A DNA stretch of 64,000 nucleotides from Trueperaceae bacterium (GTDB lineage Bacteria; Deinococcota; Deinococci; Deinococcales; Trueperaceae), in the NCBI GenBank assembly GCA_965214405.1, contig OZ243956.1, forward strand, positions 1,792,001-1,856,000. The letters run 5' to 3'. The position numbers were made by a program, and so were the translations under genes. Under the pieces are notes generated by a model, which worked only from the letters and a program-made list of their open reading frames with translations, was not told where the DNA came from and ran no database searches. Of the stretch, positions 1 to 9,240 are shown in pieces; position 1 is the first letter of the stretch; every line of letters starts with the position of its first letter.

Positions 1-93
1 GAGCACAAACTCCACCTCGCTGTGCGGCGCTATGCCGAGCTTGTCGCGGATGTGCTGGGGGATGGTGACTTGACCCTCCGTTGTGACGCGCAT
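1..93 (-). CDS. AbrB/MazE/SpoVT-family DNA-binding protein (antitoxin-like), partial, runs off the window start
   Basis: Manual translation from ATG at 93: MRVTTEGQVTIPQHIRDKLGIAPHSEVEFVL, a typical AbrB N-terminus (GQVTIP..IR..LG). Not in the ORF track. Confidence 0.85.
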   Translation of the reverse strand, partial: MRVTTEGQVTIPQHIRDKLGIAPHSEVEFVL

Positions 94-101
94 ATGAAAC
101 T

Positions 102-152
102 CCCCAGTAACGCTCTTCGGGATGATAAATGCAAGTAAGAGGATTACTGGGG
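102..152. repeat. Imperfect inverted repeat between icd and the AbrB-like gene (terminator or operator)
   Basis: CCCCAGTAA..CTCTT (102-117) pairs with AAGAG..TTACTGGGG (137-152). Confidence 0.5.
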
Positions 153-212
153 TTATTTTACCATGTCAGGCTCTAACCAAGCCGTGTACATCCGCCCGAA
201 CGTTTCAGAAAA

Positions 213-1475
213 TTACATATTCTCGATAAGCGCGTCCCCAAACTCGCTCGCCTTGAGTAGCGTGGCCCCGTCCATGAGGCGGTGAAAATCGTACGTTACC
301 CGTTTTTGCCCAATCGTCTTACCCACCGAGCCGATAATCAGGTCCGCCGCCTCGTCCCAGCCCAAGTGGCGGAGCATCATCTCGCCTGATAAGATGACCG
401 AGGAGGGGTTGACTTTGTCCTGCCCCGCGTACTTGGGCGCGGTGCCGTGGGTCGCCTCAAAGACGGCGTGACCCGTGTTGTAGTTGATATTCGCCCCCGG
501 CGCGATGCCGATGCCGCCGACCTGCGCGGCGAGTGCGTCTGAAATGTAGTCGCCGTTTAGGTTTAGGGTGGCGATGACGCTATATTCCGCCGGACGGGTC
601 AGGATTTGCTGGAGCATGGCGTCGGCAATGACGTCTTTGACAGTGATTTCGGTACCGGTGCGCGGGTTCTCAAAGGTGAGCCAGGGACCACCGTCAAGCT
701 CAGTCGCGCCGTACTCGCGTTTGGCGACCTCATAGCCCCAGTCACGAAACGCGCCCTCGGTAAACTTCATGATATTGCCCTTGTGGACGAGCGTGACCGA
801 GGGGCGGTCGTTGGCGACCGCATAATCCATCGCAGCCTTGACCAAGCGCTCGGTGCCCTCCTGCGATACCGGCTTGATGCCGACGCCGCTCGAGTCCGGA
901 AAACGAACCTTGGCGTAAGACTGGGGGAAGTTCTCCCTAAGCAGCCCCAAAAACTTCTCCGCCTCCTCCGTGCCCTGTTTGTACTCGATGCCCGCGTAAA
1001 TATCTTCGGTGTTCTCGCGGAAGATCACCATGTCCACGTCTTCGGGCCGCTTGACGGGGCTCGGCACGCCGTTGAAATACTGCACCGGACGCACGCAGGC
1101 GTAGAGGTCCAAGCGCTGCCGCAGCGCCACGTTGATCGAGCGAATCCCGCCGCCGACGGGCGTGGTTAGGGGGCCTTTGATGCCGATGAGATATTCATCC
1201 AGCACGTCCACCGTCTCGTCGGGGAGCCACACCACCTCGCCGTAGACGTCGTTCGCCTTGTCGCCCGCGTAGACCTCCATCCAGGCGATGGACTTTTCTC
1301 CGCCGTAAGCTTTCTCAACCGCTGTATCTATCACGCGCTGCGACGCCGCCCAGATATCCGGGCCGGTGCCGTCGCCCTCAATGAAGGCGATGATGGGACG
1401 GTCTGAAACGTTGAGTTCGCCCCCCTGCACGGTGATTTTATCGCCGTCGGGTATGTTTATTTTTTGGTAAGCCAT
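213..1475 (-). CDS. icd: NADP-dependent isocitrate dehydrogenase
   Basis: Motifs [56 protein letters not shown]. Confidence 0.98.
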   Translation of the reverse strand: MAYQKINIPDGDKITVQGGELNVSDRPIIAFIEGDGTGPDIWAASQRVIDTAVEKAYGGEKSIAWMEVYAGDKANDVYGEVVWLPDETVDVLDEYLIGIKGPLTTPVGGGIRSINVALRQRLDLYACVRPVQYFNGVPSPVKRPEDVDMVIFRENTEDIYAGIEYKQGTEEAEKFLGLLRENFPQSYAKVRFPDSSGVGIKPVSQEGTERLVKAAMDYAVANDRPSVTLVHKGNIMKFTEGAFRDWGYEVAKREYGATELDGGPWLTFENPRTGTEITVKDVIADAMLQQILTRPAEYSVIATLNLNGDYISDALAAQVGGIGIAPGANINYNTGHAVFEATHGTAPKYAGQDKVNPSSVILSGEMMLRHLGWDEAADLIIGSVGKTIGQKRVTYDFHRLMDGATLLKASEFGDALIENM

Positions 1476-1591
1476 GTGAGACCCCTTTTCTCAAGTTTTA
1501 GTTTGCAAAGTCTAACATGCACGTTCACGAGAATTCTCAGTCACAAACGTTTCAATCCTTTGGGTAACGCGTTAAGTTGCTACAGTGACCT

Positions 1592-2812
1592 ATGGACCAC
1601 AAAACGCAAATAGGTTTAGAGGAAGCTATCAGCATCATTCAGGCGCAGGCCCGGGGGTTGGGGCTCGAGCGCGTCCCCCTAAGCGAAGCCTACGGGCGCA
1701 CGCTTGCCCAAACTTTAACGAGTTTAGCCGACCACCCGAACTGCGACAACTCTGCGTTGGACGGTTACGCCTGCCGGGCGGCGGACACGCTTGGGGCAAG
1801 TCAGGACGCACCCGTGAGGCTCAACGTCGTGGGCGAGGTGCCCGCAGGTCGTCCCTTCACGGGCGCGGTGGGACCCGGCGAGGCGGTGAGCATCTACACG
1901 GGCGCGCCCGTTCCCGAGGGCGCGGACGCCATCATCGGGGTGGAGCGGACCAAAGAAGACGGTGACGGCGTGCTCCTGTACGCGCCCGCTTCCCCTGGCG
2001 ACATCCGGCCCAGGGCGCAGGATTTGCGCGCGCGAGAGGTTTACTTGCGCGCGGGCACCCGCCTCACCCCGGCGGCGGTGGGCGTGGCGGCGGCGATGGG
2101 TTACGCGGACCTAGAGGTTGTCCGCGCGCCCCGCGTCGGCATCCTCTCGACGGGTGACGAGATTGTCGAGCCGGGCGCGCCCCTACAAAATGGCCAGGTC
2201 TACAACTCAAACGCCTACTCAGTCGCGGGACTCGTTAAGGAGGCGGGCGGCGTGCCGCTCATCCTCCCGCGCGCGCTGGATACTTTAGACGCGTTGCAAG
2301 AAGGTCTAAAAAATTTGGGCGGTGTGGACTTGCTCGTCACCTCGGGCGGGGTTTCGATGGGCAAATACGATTTCGTCCGGGATTTGCTCTTTGGTGAGGG
2401 GCGGGTGCATTTCTGGAAGGTCGCCATGCGTCCGGGCGGCCCGGCCTTGTTTGGCGAGTGGCGGGGCTTGAGCGTGTTCGGCCTGCCGGGCAACCCGGTC
2501 TCGAGCATGGTCGTCTTCCTCCTCCTCACTGAGGCCTGGTTTCACAAGTCGCTGGGCTCCACCGACCCTCTCCTCTACCACAGAAGAATCCACGCCACCG
2601 CCCGCTCGCCTTTTAAGGGCGCGGGCTTCAAGGAGGCTTTCTGGCGCTGCGTGCTCGAGTTCGGCCCCCACGGCCCCACGGTCCGCACGACGGGCAATCA
2701 GAGTTCGGGTATCTTGACCTCCATGCTCTTTGCGAACGCGCTCGCGGTGGTGCCGCCGCACGGGGAGGTAAGGGAGGGCGGGGGGCTTGAGGTCATCCCG
2801 CTCTCACTATAA
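1592..2812 (+). CDS. moeA: Molybdopterin molybdotransferase MoeA
   Basis: SALDGYA, IYTGAPVPEGAD, STGDE, SGGVSMG, GLPGNPVS motifs. Confidence 0.96.
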   Translation: MDHKTQIGLEEAISIIQAQARGLGLERVPLSEAYGRTLAQTLTSLADHPNCDNSALDGYACRAADTLGASQDAPVRLNVVGEVPAGRPFTGAVGPGEAVSIYTGAPVPEGADAIIGVERTKEDGDGVLLYAPASPGDIRPRAQDLRAREVYLRAGTRLTPAAVGVAAAMGYADLEVVRAPRVGILSTGDEIVEPGAPLQNGQVYNSNAYSVAGLVKEAGGVPLILPRALDTLDALQEGLKNLGGVDLLVTSGGVSMGKYDFVRDLLFGEGRVHFWKVAMRPGGPALFGEWRGLSVFGLPGNPVSSMVVFLLLTEAWFHKSLGSTDPLLYHRRIHATARSPFKGAGFKEAFWRCVLEFGPHGPTVRTTGNQSSGILTSMLFANALAVVPPHGEVREGGGLEVIPLSL

Positions 2813-2842
2813 GCGGGGCGAGAAAAATAATAAGCTAGAAAT

Positions 2843-3379
2843 ATGGCTCTGGCCGCACAACGGCGTCTCTTTACCCGTCAAGATGTTTATGCGATGGTGG
2901 ACGCGGGCATCTTGCGCGAAGACGAGCGCACCGAACTGATTAACGGGGAGATAGTCTCCATGACGCCGTCCAGCCCCTCCCACAGCGCGACCATCATCGA
3001 TTTGGCAGAACGGTTCCGCACGCATCCAGCAGCCTATAACGTCGTGGTGCGCGAGGAAAAAGATTTTTGGCTGGCGGACGGGGCGCAGCTTTACTTGCCC
3101 GACATCGCCGTGGTGAGACCCTTTGACCACCACGCGAGACACGCGGAGCCTTTAGACACCCACCTTGTCGTGGAGGTTGCGCACACTTCGCTGAGGGCGG
3201 ACCTCGAGACCAAGCTCCCCCATTATCTCCGGGAAGGCGTGCCGGAAGTGTGGGTGGTCGACCTTGGCGCAAAGCGGACGCGCGTTTATAAGGCGCAGGG
3301 GGAAGGGCTCGAGCTGCCTTTTGGTGAGGCGTTCGCCCCAGCAGCGTTCCCAAAAGAGACACACGTTTGGTTGCCTTGA
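2843..3379 (+). CDS. Uma2-family (DUF820) PD-(D/E)XK endonuclease
   Basis: RRLFT..Y..M..AGIL..R.ELING, PDIAVV, LVVEVA..SL..D...K...Y...GVPEVWVVDL. Confidence 0.92.
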   Translation: MALAAQRRLFTRQDVYAMVDAGILREDERTELINGEIVSMTPSSPSHSATIIDLAERFRTHPAAYNVVVREEKDFWLADGAQLYLPDIAVVRPFDHHARHAEPLDTHLVVEVAHTSLRADLETKLPHYLREGVPEVWVVDLGAKRTRVYKAQGEGLELPFGEAFAPAAFPKETHVWLP

Positions 3380-3392
3380 CAGAATCGCTGGA

Positions 3393-3996
3393 TTAAGCCG
3401 CGGTCTTCTCCAGTTCTCGAGCCCAAAACGGGTAGTTAATTCCCGTCGCCGCCTTTTGAGCCACCTCCGCGCCGTAAAGCGCCTCGACGACATCCAGCCC
3501 CGCGTCAATCCCCGCCGACACGCCGCCCGCGCACCAAACGCGCTCGTTTTTAACCACACGGGCGTCCACAATCTCCCCCACCCCGTAGTCAAGCAGCCGC
3601 TCGCGCTTGCCCGCCCAGGTGTTCGCGCGCAGGCCGCGCAGCAAACCGGCCTCGCCCAACAAAAATGCGCCCGTGCAGACGCTGACCAAGAGTTTGGCGC
3701 GTGGGGCGCGCTCGAGCACGTACCCCAGCACCGCCTCGTCGCGCGCCGTCCACGCCGCGCCCGCCGGGGACGATGAGCACGTCCGGCGGGGGCGCGCCCG
3801 CAAAGTCGTGGTGAGGCGTAAGGGTGAGCCCGCCCGAGGTCTGGAGCGGGTGACGCGATTTGGCGGCGGTGAAGAGGTTTAGCGCGTCTTCGGAGACAAA
3901 ATGCCGCGCCGCGTTCACGGCGCTGTAGGGGCCGACTGCGTCGAGTTCATGAACCTCGGGAAAGAGCAAAACGGCGACGTTCGCATGTTCGTTCAT
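3393..3996 (-). pseudogene. DJ-1/PfpI-family protein split by a frameshift near 3740-3750
   Basis: N-half (..ELDAVGP..DVLIVPGG) is in ORF 3589-3996; C-half (DEAVLGY..SVCTGAFLL..GGVSAGIDAGL) is in ORF 3393-3803. Pseudogene or sequencing error. Confidence 0.85.
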
Positions 3997-4033
3997 ACAT
4001 CAGTTTAGCCTATAGGCGGTTAGACTTTATGGT

Positions 4034-4543
4034 GTGAAAGCTTTGTGCGCGTTCTTTCTGCTCGTGACGGCTACCGCTCTCGCGCAACCCTCTTGCGAAT
4101 CGCTCCTGAGCGACTTGACCCGCGCTTTTGACGAGGCCGACTCGCTCGAGTCCATTACCGAGGTGACGCAGGGCGGGCGCGAACTGTCGTATCAGCACGT
4201 CAAACTCGTCCGGGACGAGGCGGGCACGCTGCAAGCCGAGGTCATCGAGTCGCGGGGGAGGCGCGCGCCCGAGGGTGAGGGCGCGGGTAGCGATTTTGAG
4301 TTTCACTGCGAAGGGAATACGTTGGAGCCTGCCGACGAACCTGGGGTCTGGAAACTGACGGTGCTCGAGCCCAACAAAGATATTCCTGTCAAGCGCTACG
4401 AGATCCTTTTTAGAGAAACGCCGGGCCGCTACCTGCCGGAGCACGTCGAGGCCGCCTTTAGCATAAAAGTTCTCGTTATACGCGTCCACGGCACCTTCGC
4501 CGTGACTTTAAGCGACTGGACGTTCCCGCCCCAAACGAATTGA
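4034..4543 (+). CDS. Hypothetical secreted protein
   Basis: Signal peptide MKALCAFFLLVTATALA|QP; stop lies 3 nt before the next gene. Confidence 0.7.
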   Translation: MKALCAFFLLVTATALAQPSCESLLSDLTRAFDEADSLESITEVTQGGRELSYQHVKLVRDEAGTLQAEVIESRGRRAPEGEGAGSDFEFHCEGNTLEPADEPGVWKLTVLEPNKDIPVKRYEILFRETPGRYLPEHVEAAFSIKVLVIRVHGTFAVTLSDWTFPPQTN

Positions 4544-4546
4544 AAA

Positions 4547-5086
4547 ATGCTGCCCATAACCTTTTATGAGGCGGACGCTCAAACGGTCGCCAAGGCGCTG
4601 CTCGGTCAGGTCCTCGTCTGCGAGCTTGGGGCGGCGGCGCAGCGCGTCCGCGTCGTCGAGACGGAAGCCTACGTCGGCGTCCACGACCTCGCCTCTCACG
4701 CGTCAAAGGGTTTGACAAAGCGCACCGAGACGATGTTCGGACCTCCCGGCAGGCTCTACGTTTACCTCATCTACGGGATGTACACGATGCTCAACGTCGT
4801 CACGGGAGCCGAGGGAGACGCGCAGGCAGTGCTCATCCGGGCTGCGGAACCCTTGGAAAATGTGACCGGCAAAACCGACGGCCCCGGCAAGCTCACGCGG
4901 GCGCTGGGCGTGACGCGAGAGCACAACGCGCACCTGCTGACTCAGAAACCCTTTTACTTTGAATCCGGCCCCTCTCCCAAAAATATCGTAACCACCGCGC
5001 GCGTCGGCATCGACTACGCGGGCGAGTGGCGCGACGCGCCGTTACGTTTTTACGACGCGGACAGCCTGCACGTACCTAAGCGTTAG
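4547..5086 (+). CDS. DNA-3-methyladenine glycosylase (MPG/AAG family)
   Basis: VVETEAY, MFGPPG.LYVYLIYGMY, AVLIRA, GPGKLT, RVGI motifs. Confidence 0.95.
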   Translation: MLPITFYEADAQTVAKALLGQVLVCELGAAAQRVRVVETEAYVGVHDLASHASKGLTKRTETMFGPPGRLYVYLIYGMYTMLNVVTGAEGDAQAVLIRAAEPLENVTGKTDGPGKLTRALGVTREHNAHLLTQKPFYFESGPSPKNIVTTARVGIDYAGEWRDAPLRFYDADSLHVPKR

Positions 5087-5249
5087 TCTTGGGCATTGGC
5101 ATTTAGGAAAAATTAAGGAGGTGGGGGGTAGAGAAATGGGGAGAAAAAGGCTTCTGACCTTCTCTCTATCCCCCACTTCCCCCACTCCCTACCTCCACCA
5201 AGATACGTCGGCGAGGTGAGCGACTAAATCAAACTCAGCGCGGCACCCC

Positions 5250-6179
5250 TCAGCCCCGCCCGAACTCCTCGCGCGGCGGCGTGGCCCCCTCGCGCAGCCC
5301 GGCGACAAAGGGCTCGACGTGGAGCGTGGCGACGAGGCGGGGCAGCAGCGCGGCCAGGTCGCGCTCGAGGTCCGCCGCCACCTCGTGCGCCTCCAAAACG
5401 GTGAGTTCGGGCGCGACAAAGATGTCGATTTCGGCAAAGCGGCCCGTCCCGGCGCGTCTCGAGCGCAGCCGGTGGTAACCGAGCACCTGCGGGTGCTTAT
5501 CCAACACCGCTAAAATTTTCGCCTCGTCCGCGTCGGGCAGGCGCGCGTCCAGGAGGTCCGAAAGCGCGCCCGCCATCACCCGCCAGCCCTCGCGCACGAT
5601 GTTGAGCGCGACCAAAACCGCGATGACGGGGTCCAGCACGGTGCGACCGGAGAGCGCCACCAGCGCCACCGCGACGATGACGCCCACCGAGGTCCACACG
5701 TCGGTCAGGAGGTGCCGCGCGTTGGCGGCGAGCGCGACCGACTCAGTCTGCGCCGCCGTGCGCGCCAAAAACCAGGCCACCACGCCGTTGAGCAGCGTGG
5801 CGAGCAGCGCCACCCCCACGCCGTCCGCGACGCCCTCCAAAGGGGGCGGGTTGGTGATGCGGCCCAACGCCGTCACCAAAATCATCCCCGCGGCGAGCAG
5901 GATTAACGAGCCCTCAAAGGCGCTCGAGAGGTATTCCGCCTTTTGGTGACCGTAGGGGTGCTCGTAGTCGGGCGGGCGGAGCGCTAAGCGCAGCGAAAAA
6001 AGGAGCGCCAGGGCGGCGGCCACATTGGTAATCGACTCGGCGGCGTCTGAAAGCAGCGCCACGGAGCCGGTGAGGACGTAAGCGCCGAGTTTGAGCAGAA
6101 GCACGAGCAGCGCGACGCCGAGGCTGAGCAGGGCCGCGCGCTGGCGGAGGGTGTTGGCTAGAGATTCGCTGGGCGTCAC
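5250..6179 (-). CDS. Cation diffusion facilitator (FieF-like) transporter
   Basis: SVALLSDAAES, HPYGHQKAEY, HLLTDVWTS, LHVEP. Confidence 0.95.
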   Translation of the reverse strand: MTPSESLANTLRQRAALLSLGVALLVLLLKLGAYVLTGSVALLSDAAESITNVAAALALLFSLRLALRPPDYEHPYGHQKAEYLSSAFEGSLILLAAGMILVTALGRITNPPPLEGVADGVGVALLATLLNGVVAWFLARTAAQTESVALAANARHLLTDVWTSVGVIVAVALVALSGRTVLDPVIAVLVALNIVREGWRVMAGALSDLLDARLPDADEAKILAVLDKHPQVLGYHRLRSRRAGTGRFAEIDIFVAPELTVLEAHEVAADLERDLAALLPRLVATLHVEPFVAGLREGATPPREEFGRG

Positions 6180-6212
6180 AGGGGTTCAGGGGGAGGTTAT
6201 GGGGCGGGGCGC

Positions 6213-6563
6213 TCAGAAGTCCTCGTCATCGCTGGATTCGTCGTCACCAAAGTCGCTCGAGCCTTCAGCAGCCATCTCTTCCAAAAGGGCCTCGAGTTCT
6301 TCACCCTCATAGTCCGTCACCGTGTCTTCGATAAGCCGAAGCGCGCGCGCGGCGTCCCGTTCGGGGACGAGCACGAACGTCGTGCCGATAAGCGCCGCGC
6401 CCAAGTGCGAAAACACGTCGTTGATAACGTCGTGACCGCGGGTGATGGCGACGAAGCCTTCATCCTCGAGCAAAGCCGCGACCATCTCGGCCAAAGGCCC
6501 GGCGGGCGCGACGTCTACGATGGTCCACATGTCGCCGTTGACGCGCAAGGTTTCGCCCTTCAT
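6213..6563 (-). CDS. Hypothetical protein, DUF2007-like, with acidic tail
   Basis: AEMVAALLEDEG...VLVPERDA.RA pattern; ATGA overlap with the upstream peptidase. Confidence 0.7.
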   Translation of the reverse strand: MKGETLRVNGDMWTIVDVAPAGPLAEMVAALLEDEGFVAITRGHDVINDVFSHLGAALIGTTFVLVPERDAARALRLIEDTVTDYEGEELEALLEEMAAEGSSDFGDDESSDDEDF

Positions 6564-7723
6564 GCGCGGCCTCCTTTTGAACTTAAAAAATCCTTAACGA
6601 GCGCCGCGTAGGCCTTACGCGCCAAGGGCAGGTGCGCCAGCGGCACGTTCTCGCGCGTTGTGTGCGCCAGTTCCTCCTCGCCGGGACCCAGGCCGATAAC
6701 CACCGCGCCCGTGTTGGCGAGGTGCGGCGCGTCGGTGGCGAACCACCAGCAGGCCTCTTCAAAGGGATGCTCAGCCTCCGCGAAAAGGGGCCTGAGGACG
6801 CGGCGCGCCCGTTCCACCCAAGGATTTTCGCCGGGCGCGAGGTAGGCGGGCACGACGCGGGGGATGGTGTAGCCCACGCCCCCGCTCTCGCTCTCGAGCC
6901 GTTCATCGGGCACCTCTAGCACGCTTCCTTCCGGGGCGAGCGCGCGGAGCCGCTCGAGGACGTTCTCGGCCTCGTCACCGGGGATGTTGCGGTAGTCAAT
7001 CACCAAGTCCGCCCTCCCCGGCACCACGTTGGCCCCGTCCGGCGGATAGGAGGTGAGGCGCGTGGGGGTGAGGCTCGAGCCGCCCAGCGGCCCGCCCGTG
7101 GGCAGGTCCAAGGTCTGAAGCTCCTTTAAGAAGTCCGCCGCGTGATAGAGCGCGTTATCGCCAAGCTCATTCTTGGCGGCGTGGGCGATTTTGCCGGGCA
7201 GCCGCGCGTGAACCTCCACCCGCCCCCGGTGCCCGAGCATGAGCCGCAGCTTGCTGGGCTCGCCCAGAATCACCACGTCGGCTTTTATGGATTCAGCCAG
7301 ATAACGCGCGCCGAGCCCGCCTACCTCCTCCTGCACCACCGCCGTCACCATCAGCGTGCCCGTTATATCCCCCTCGACCGCGTCTTTGGCCGCGTAGGCC
7401 ATGCAGGCCAGCGCCGACTTCATGTCGCAGGCCCCGCGCCCCCAGAGCCGCCCGTCTTCCACTTCACCCGAGAGCGGCGGGTGCGGCCAGAGGTCGGGGT
7501 CGCCTAAGGGAACCGTGTCGAGGTGACCGTTCAGCATCACCGTGGGACCGTCGCCTCGTTTGAAAATTCCGATGAGGTTGCCCGCGTCGTCCACAAACGC
7601 CTCGTCAAAACCGAGCGTCTTAAAGGCCCCCAGCATCACCTCCGCCGCCGGAGACTCACGCCCCGAGGGACTTGCCGCCCGAATGAGGCTCTGCGCCAGT
7701 TTCGCCTCGTCGGTCAGCGTCAT
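6560..7723 (-). CDS. M20/M25/M40 metallo-hydrolase (ArgE/DapE/LysK-like)
   Basis: NGHLDTV, GRGACDMK, VQEE, LGEP, AHT motifs; start trimmed to the ATG of MTLTDEAK. Confidence 0.9.
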   Translation of the reverse strand: MTLTDEAKLAQSLIRAASPSGRESPAAEVMLGAFKTLGFDEAFVDDAGNLIGIFKRGDGPTVMLNGHLDTVPLGDPDLWPHPPLSGEVEDGRLWGRGACDMKSALACMAYAAKDAVEGDITGTLMVTAVVQEEVGGLGARYLAESIKADVVILGEPSKLRLMLGHRGRVEVHARLPGKIAHAAKNELGDNALYHAADFLKELQTLDLPTGGPLGGSSLTPTRLTSYPPDGANVVPGRADLVIDYRNIPGDEAENVLERLRALAPEGSVLEVPDERLESESGGVGYTIPRVVPAYLAPGENPWVERARRVLRPLFAEAEHPFEEACWWFATDAPHLANTGAVVIGLGPGEEELAHTTRENVPLAHLPLARKAYAALVKDFLSSKGGRA

Positions 7724-7881
7724 AGAGTCTTTCCGCTTTTTTTGTCCAGGAAATTCGTAGCAAAATTCATAAAGCGCATCATAGTACACGCCGCCCCCCG
7801 GCACCCCGGTGCGCGAAACGGGTACGAAGGTGATGTCAAGAAGCCGCACATCGCCACCCTGGGATGCGGTAGATTGACCGC

Positions 7882-8856
7882 ATGGACTCTTCTCAGCCCG
7901 CCGGACCGCCTTATAAGCGCGTTCTCACCATCATCAACCCCGTGTCGGGGCAGCACGACGCGGGGCGAATCCGCGAACTCGTCGAGCGCGAACTCTCAGC
8001 GCGAGATATCGAGGTCGACGTCCGCTTTACCGAGGGCGAGGGCGACGCGATGCGCTGGGCGCAGGGGGCGGCGGAAGAGGGTTTCGACTTGGTCATCGCC
8101 TCGGGGGGCGACGGCACGGTGATGGAGGCGATGAGCGGGCTTATCAAGTGCGGCTGCCCGGTGCCGTTGGCGCAGCTCCCGGCGGGCACGGCGAGCTTGG
8201 TCGCGCGGGCGCTCGATATCCCGCAGAATTTGGAAAAGGCGCTCGAGGTGGCCGTGACCGGCGAGGCGGTCCGGCTCGACGTGGGCTACCTACCCACCCA
8301 CGACCGCTATTTCGCGCTCATCGCGGGGGCGGGTTGGGACGCGCGCTTAATCGAGGACGCGCCGCGCGGCTTAAAGCGCCGCATCGGGTTTGCCGCCTAC
8401 GTTTTTACCGGGCTCAAAAATCTAGCCAACTTGCGCCGCACGACGATCGAGCTGGAAATCGACGGCAAAAAGCAAGTTCACAAGGCGCACACCGTCATGA
8501 TTGCCAACATCGGCCAGATCGACTCGATGGGGTTCGCCCTGGGGCCCGACATCGGCCCGCACGATGGTAAGTTGGACGCGGTTATCGTCGCCTCCTCGAC
8601 CGCGCGGAGCGTGGCCCGCCTCACCTACCGCCTCATCACCAGGCAGTTTTCCAACTACCACGACCTCGCCTACGTCAAGGCCGAACGCGTGAGCGTCAAA
8701 ACGAGCGCGCCGCTGCCTTTAGAAATCGACGGTGAGCCCATCGGCGAAACGCCCTTCGTCGCCGAAATCGTGCCGGAGGGCGCGCTCGTCATCGTGCCGC
8801 AGGTCTATGTGGAGCGCGTCTTCAAGGACCGTCCGGCGTCCAGCCGACAAGACTGA
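7882..8856 (+). CDS. Diacylglycerol kinase-family lipid kinase (YegS/DagK)
   Basis: IINPVSG, SGGDGT, PAGT, GAGWDA, IDGE. Confidence 0.93.
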   Translation: MDSSQPAGPPYKRVLTIINPVSGQHDAGRIRELVERELSARDIEVDVRFTEGEGDAMRWAQGAAEEGFDLVIASGGDGTVMEAMSGLIKCGCPVPLAQLPAGTASLVARALDIPQNLEKALEVAVTGEAVRLDVGYLPTHDRYFALIAGAGWDARLIEDAPRGLKRRIGFAAYVFTGLKNLANLRRTTIELEIDGKKQVHKAHTVMIANIGQIDSMGFALGPDIGPHDGKLDAVIVASSTARSVARLTYRLITRQFSNYHDLAYVKAERVSVKTSAPLPLEIDGEPIGETPFVAEIVPEGALVIVPQVYVERVFKDRPASSRQD

Positions 8857-9130
8857 GGTCGCAGCGCCCTTTCGGGTCAAACACGATGCCTTCGCTCTCC
8901 AAAAGCGCCCGCTGCAACTCGCCCGCGCCCACTTTGTAGGTCGAAATCGCGCCCTGCGCGTTGATGACGCGCTGCCAAGGAATGTTTTCATGTTCCTTTA
9001 CGCCGTGCAAAATGTAGCCCACCTGCCGCGCCGCGCCCGGTTTGCCCGCCAGGAGCGCGACGTGGCCGTAGGTGGTCACTTTTCCTTTGGGAACAGCGCG
9101 CACGATGTTTAGAACCGCGTCTCGGAACAC
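8822..9130 (-). CDS. Alkyltransferase-like protein (ATL/YbaZ, MGMT family)
   Basis: PKGKVTTYG, ARQVG, PWQRVIN (Trp in place of the catalytic Cys), LLESEG. Confidence 0.93.
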   Translation of the reverse strand: MFRDAVLNIVRAVPKGKVTTYGHVALLAGKPGAARQVGYILHGVKEHENIPWQRVINAQGAISTYKVGAGELQRALLESEGIVFDPKGRCDLSLVGWTPDGP

Positions 9131-9240
9131 GCTTTTAGCCTAGCAGGTTGGACAAGAAGATCAAGCCCGAAAATCTGGGGGAAATTGTTGCTTCGCGTTC
9201 CCTTAGCCTTCTCACCGCTCGAGGGGTATACTTTGCAGCG

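Noticed and set aside
3730..3770. Programmed ribosomal frameshift in the DJ-1 gene
   Set aside because: No slippery heptamer or stimulatory element is visible.
4547..9130. MPG and ATL genes as an alkylation-repair island
   Set aside because: They are 4 kb apart on opposite strands with unrelated genes between them; likely coincidence.
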